DNA from: Zootoca vivipara
Taxonomy: Eukaryota
Direction: 5' to 3'
Length of the DNA: 64,000 nucleotides
Assembly (NCBI RefSeq): GCF_963506605.1
Contig: NC_083281.1
Span: forward strand, 17,174,001 to 17,238,000
Made by a program: the position numbers and the translations under genes. The number at the start of each line of letters is the position of its first letter. Position 1 is the first letter of the stretch. Shown here piece by piece: positions 59,459-64,000 of this stretch. The notes under the pieces were generated by a model. It was given only the letters and a program-made list of their open reading frames with translations, searched no databases and was not told the DNA's origin.

Positions 59459-59673
59459 TAGGGTTGCCAGACTCAATAGTGGACAGGACTTCTGTGCCTT
59501 TAATTGCCCTGCTCTCTTTTGAGTCTGGAAACCTTAAAGAGAAACCAGCAGACCCTTTGCTTGGAAATTAAACAAAGGGTCTGCTGGTTTCTCTTTAAGG
59601 TTTCCAGACTCAAAAGAAAGCAGGGCAATTAAAGGCACAGAAGTCCTGTCCACTATTGAGTCTGGCAACCCTA
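59459..59673. mobile_element. Fold-back hAT-Blackjack MITE (near-perfect palindrome)
   Basis: tagggttgcca termini; about 100-bp inverted arms around a 13-nt loop; perfect TSD ttgaaagt. Confidence 0.93.
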
Positions 59674-60108
59674 TTGAAAGTGTTCCCAACCAGGTTCCCA
59701 ATCACTCTTGGCTATTGGCCATGCTGACTGGGGCCAATAAAAGCTGTAGTTCTAAACATCTGGAGTGCACCTGGTTGATGGAGGCTAGTCCAGGTAGTAC
59801 TCTTAAGATCAAACAGAAAAAAAATTCTCCAGTACCTTGCATTTCCAAATTAGACATGTTCACCTGTGGATCAAATGTACTCCTCAGCAGCACCCGATGA
59901 GGTTCTCAAGGCTTTCTGACCACAAAACAAAAGTGCACTTTAGTGTATTACAACTGCATGAAATACAGCTTTGTACAAGTACCATTGGCACCAAGCAATG
60001 TACAGCCTAGCATCCAAGAATACACTGCATAAACATTTTTGACCAAACTTGTCTTTGTTTATAAATGCTTGGTTTCAGGAAAGCTATAAAGCCTCACAAA
60101 GATTAGAG

Positions 60109-60243
60109 CAGGCACCCCCAACCTTCAGCCCTCCAGATGTTTTAGACTACAATTCCCACCATCCCTAACCACTGGTCCTGTTAGCTAGGGATCATGGGAA
60201 TTGTAGGCCAAAACATCTGGAGGGCGCAGGTTGGGGATGCCTG
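60109..60243. mobile_element. hAT MITE (family of 3996-4131)
   Basis: TIRs present; perfect TSD gattagag. Confidence 0.9.
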
Positions 60244-60771
60244 GATTAGAGCAACTGCTGTTAGGAAAATCTGTAGTTTTGCAGTTTAAAAATTGATGCT
60301 TCAGAACCTCATATAGTTTTTAAATACAATCTTGCTTGAAATGATCAAAGTTGAAAGGTTTCTCCCCACCCATCAGCACCGCGATATGCACATGTGTACA
60401 CTGTTAAGAGGTCACTAGCAATCAAACCTAGGATCGTGCTAGTGCGGATGAAATGAGAAGAGGAGAGAACCACGTACACCACCCTGAGCTCTTTTAAGGA
60501 AAGGAGAGAAACTAATTAAACAATAAAGCTTTTTAGAGGGGTAAGAAAGATCCAATTTGCCTCGCGAGTTTAACAGAACTTCACAAAGAAGACATCCATG
60601 CAAACGGGTACGAATGAGGCTACTCATAGCTTTTTTCCCGAGCGCAGACAAGCCAAGAGGAATCCCAGATGGAAACCAGTGAAGTGCACTGCAAGCAGAG
60701 GAAGGGTTGCTGTAGCGCACCATTCTTCCCAGGCCTCAAAAACAAATTGCCACCCATGCCGGCTGCTGTAC

Positions 60772-61260
60772 CTGTTGAACTTCTGGCTGACGGGAAAGAG
60801 CAAGCCGCCCGACTGCACGGCGCATGCGGCAAAGGTGTCCCGTCCAAGAGGAAAGCCCACGAGTTTCCTCCGTCTGGGCGGCCCTCACTTCCTGCTCTCA
60901 GTCGGCTTTTTCAGCGTGCGGGCCAATGTGGGAATAGTATTTTATTTTATTTTTAAATCGAACAACAACAAAAAAATGGTCCTCGGCGCATAGTGATTAT
61001 TTGAAAGCACTGCACTTCTGCCTGCTGATTTCTCTCTCCCCTACCTCTTAAACCTTACTCCACTATAGCTATTTCTACCAGTTTTTCCCCGCACATGGCG
61101 GAGAACATCGATGGCGAATGGGAACCGAACTTTTTACAGATTTATGAAGACTGGACCTTTTAGGGTATTTTAATATTGTCTATTGGCGACACAGAGCATG
61201 CGTAATAGCGATGGGTTGGGGGAAGGAGGGAGACAGGATGCAGAGGAGCAGTGATTGGTT
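60772..61260 (-). promoter_or_regulatory. CpG-rich housekeeping promoter region with a TCT/TOP start
   Basis: CTCTTTCCC (60800-60792), NRF1-like GCGCATGCG (60820-60828), ETS CAGGAAGTG (60894-60886). Further upstream: CCAAT boxes, CATAAA, YY1-like GCCAT and a GTAAGG donor near 61058. Confidence 0.65.
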
Positions 61261-61374
61261 GAACTCCAAGGTGGCGCCGAGTTTAAAGAGAAGGAAAGTC
61301 CTGCTCTTGGCTGCCTAAAAAGTTCAGGGTGGGGACACCCAGCAAGTAGTTTGGGGCATCTTATTCCTCTGCAC

Positions 61375-61377
<3 letters not shown>

Positions 61378-61438
<61 letters not shown>

Positions 61439-62560
61439 TTATTTATACCCCGCCCATCTGGCTGGGTTTCCCCAGCTTCCAACTGAATATTAAAACAGTA
61501 CAGCATTAAACATTAAAAACTTCCCTAAACAGGGCCGCCTTCAGTTGTCTTCTAAAAGGAAAATAGTTACTTATTGCCTTGACATCTGCTGGGAGGGCAT
61601 TCCACAGGACGGGTGCCACTACCGAGAAGGCCCTCTGTCTGGTTCCCTGTAACCTCACTTCTCGCAATGAGGGAACCGCCAGAAGGCCCTCGGTGCTGGA
61701 TCTCAGTGTCCGGGCTGAATGGTGGGGGTGGAGACGCTCCTTCAGGTATACAGGACCGAGGCCATTTAGGGCTTTAAAGGTCAGTACCAACACTTTGAAT
61801 TGTGCTCGGAAACGTACTGGGAGCCAGTGATGATCTCTCAGGACCGGTGTTATGTGGTCCCGGCGGCCACTCCCAGTCACTAGTCTAGCTGCCGCATTCT
61901 GGATTAATTGCAGTTTCCGGGTCACCTTCAAAGGTAGCCCCACGTAGAGCGCATTGCAGTAGTCCAGACGGGAGATAACTAGAGCATGCACCACTCTGCG
62001 GGCAGGTAGGGTCTCAGCCTGCGTACCAGATGGAGCTGGTAGACAGCCGCCCTGGACACAGAATTAACCTGTGGCTCCATGGACAGCTGTGAGTCCAAAA
62101 TGACTCCTAGGCTGCGCACCTGGTCCTTCAGGGGCACAGTTACCCTATTCAAGACCAGGGAGTCCTCCACACCTGCCTGCCTCCTGTCCCCCACAAACAG
62201 TACTTCTGTCTTGTCAGGATTCAACCTCAATCTGTTAGCCGCCATCCATCCTCCAACCGCCTCCAGGCACTCACACAGGACCTTCACCGCCTTCACTGGT
62301 TCTGATTTAAAAGAGAGGTAGAGCTGGGTATCATCCGCATACTGATGAACACCCAGCCCAAACCCCCTGATGATCTCTCCCAGCAGCTGCATGTAGATGT
62401 TGAATAGTATGGGGGAGAGGACAGACCCTGAGGCACCCCACAAGTGAGAGCCCAGGGGTCTGAACACTCACCCCCCCCTTCCACCATTTTCTGAACATGG
62501 CCCAGGAGGAAGGAGTGGAACCACTGTATAACAGTGCCCCCAGCTCCCAGCCCCTCTAGA
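61378..62560 (-). mobile_element. L2 LINE, 5'-truncated, with (ATT)n tail
   Basis: [40 protein letters not shown]. Confidence 0.92.
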
Positions 62561-63286
62561 GTTGCAGAAGAAGCAAACAAAGTCTAATCGAGCTAATGTA
62601 GTGTAGGGGTTCAAGGGCTGAAAACAGAGGGTAGAAATGGATGTTAAACTGCTCAAGCCACTAACAGGTTGCAGTATTTTGAAGTGGGTGGATTATAGTT
62701 AGGAAAAGCATCTCCTGTCACTAAACCCTCCAGTCAGTATCTTAGGAGTTTTTAAGGCAGGATTTGGCTCACCAGTGACTTTCCAGATGTTGTTGAACTC
62801 CCATCATAGCCACTGATCAGGGGTGATGAGATTTTGACAGGGACTGTGCTGAGGAGGGCTGCTCTGAGCAGGAATGGTGGGAGCCTCCCCCTCCCCCTCC
62901 CCCTGCTCCTGATCAGGATCATGAATCTTCCTAGGAACAGGAGGACAGTCTAGATTTGGAACAGTGGTTTGCAGAGGGACATAGTTTGGAAGACAGAAGC
63001 TGGGAAGAACTGGGTGGTGAACAGCTAGGGGAAGAAGAACTGGGGGAGAGTTAACAGACTCAATATTGCTGGAAAGCATCCATCCAATCAGCCCAAGGTA
63101 AAGGAGAGCAGATAAGGTGGCAGCACAGGAAGCACAGCAGTGGTTGCCAGATCAGGTTGCAAGACTCGGAAGTGACGTGGGTGACTAGAGGGGACGTGGG
63201 TGGAACCCTTAATTGGGAGCACCTTCATTCCGAGGAATGGATTCTTTGTTCTCTCCCTGTGATCATTAAAAACTATAAATGGTAAG

Positions 63287-63493
63287 AAACAAAATAAAAG
63301 AATTCCTTCCAGTAGCACCTTAGAGAACAACTAAGTTTGTTATTGGTATGAGTTTTCGTGTGCATGCACACTTATTCAGATGCACATGAAAGCTCATACC
63401 AAATAACAAACTTAGTTGGTCTCTAAGGTGCTACTGGAAGGAATTCTTTTATTTTGTTTCGACTACAGCAGACCAACACTTCTACCTGCCTGT
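63287..63493. mobile_element. Penelope-like pLTR fragment in inverted arrangement
   Basis: Long inverted repeat of the cataccaa..cttagttggtctctaaggtgc unit; TSD aactataaatgg(t/c)aag. Confidence 0.8.
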
Positions 63494-64000
63494 AACTATA
63501 AATGGCAAGCGACTCATTTCACTTTGTTCTGCTTATATATACTGCCAAAGAGGGGGAGGGAGCTGAGTCCATGGAGCCTGACAGATTTGTAGTCCAAAAG
63601 CATCTGTGGGGCTACAGGTTCCCCATCCCTGCCATAGAGTATCATAGTCAATGACAGCTCAAAATGAGTACAGGCTGTGTAGGAATAAATATTTCCCTCT
63701 CTCTTATCTATGAAGATAATCTCTCCCAAGCAGTGTAAGTAATAATGAGAGCCCTGAGCAACATGGGTAGTTTTCACATGAGCTTTTGATGTAGCTCACT
63801 ACGCTACCCAGTTTTAAAATTAACTCTGTGGCTTGTCCAAGCCCTCTGTCGTCCTTATAACATCTGCAACTGTCTACTATATTGTAGACCAAACCAAGTG
63901 GGGAATTAAAACTCACCTGATTTCATTTCTGCCTTTCAGTGGATGGATCTTGTCATGTCCACCTGATTCAGCCATCTCTCACTCTCCATCCATGGATGAT

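Larger units (their letters stand above)
49900..60800 (-). ncRNA. Putative spliced 5'TOP non-coding snoRNA host gene (candidate exons 60800-60772, 59915-59836, 52352-52299, 51706-51464, 51083-~49900)
   Basis: CTCTTTCCC start, AG/GT-bounded short exons, only short ORFs, intronic U17-like sequence, AATAAA at 49917-49922. The exon chain is inferred. Confidence 0.45.

Noticed and set aside
59916-60771. Additional snoRNAs in the first intron of the putative host gene
   Set aside because: No convincing C/D or H/ACA box arrangement recognised by eye.

Overview
Vertebrate genomic DNA, inferred to be a squamate (probably lacertid) lizard from its Sauria/Squam SINEs, BovB, Rex1 and hAT MITE families. 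Left 49 kb: a head-to-tail tandem cluster of minus-strand SCAN-KRAB-C2H2 zinc-finger genes sharing one exon plan (414/82/83/127 bp plus a ZNF exon). It holds gene A (5' part only), pseudogene B (13 fingers), intact gene C (29 fingers, about 1118 aa), B' (an 11 kb near-identical copy of B), gene D (12 fingers, about 639 aa, missing its promoter block) and an orphan KRAB exon E attached to a Helitron. Right 15 kb: a probable minus-strand 5'TOP non-coding snoRNA-host gene with a degenerate U17/SNORA73 in an intron. Its large intron holds a full-length hAT-Blackjack transposon with an open transposase frame and a full-span but internally deleted BovB LINE. Many other TEs are present (Helitrons, L2, an L1 derivative, Penelope pieces with a hammerhead motif, solo LTRs, MITEs), and many have an empty site in a paralog. 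There is one 143-N assembly gap. Family names are from motif recognition only; no searches were run.
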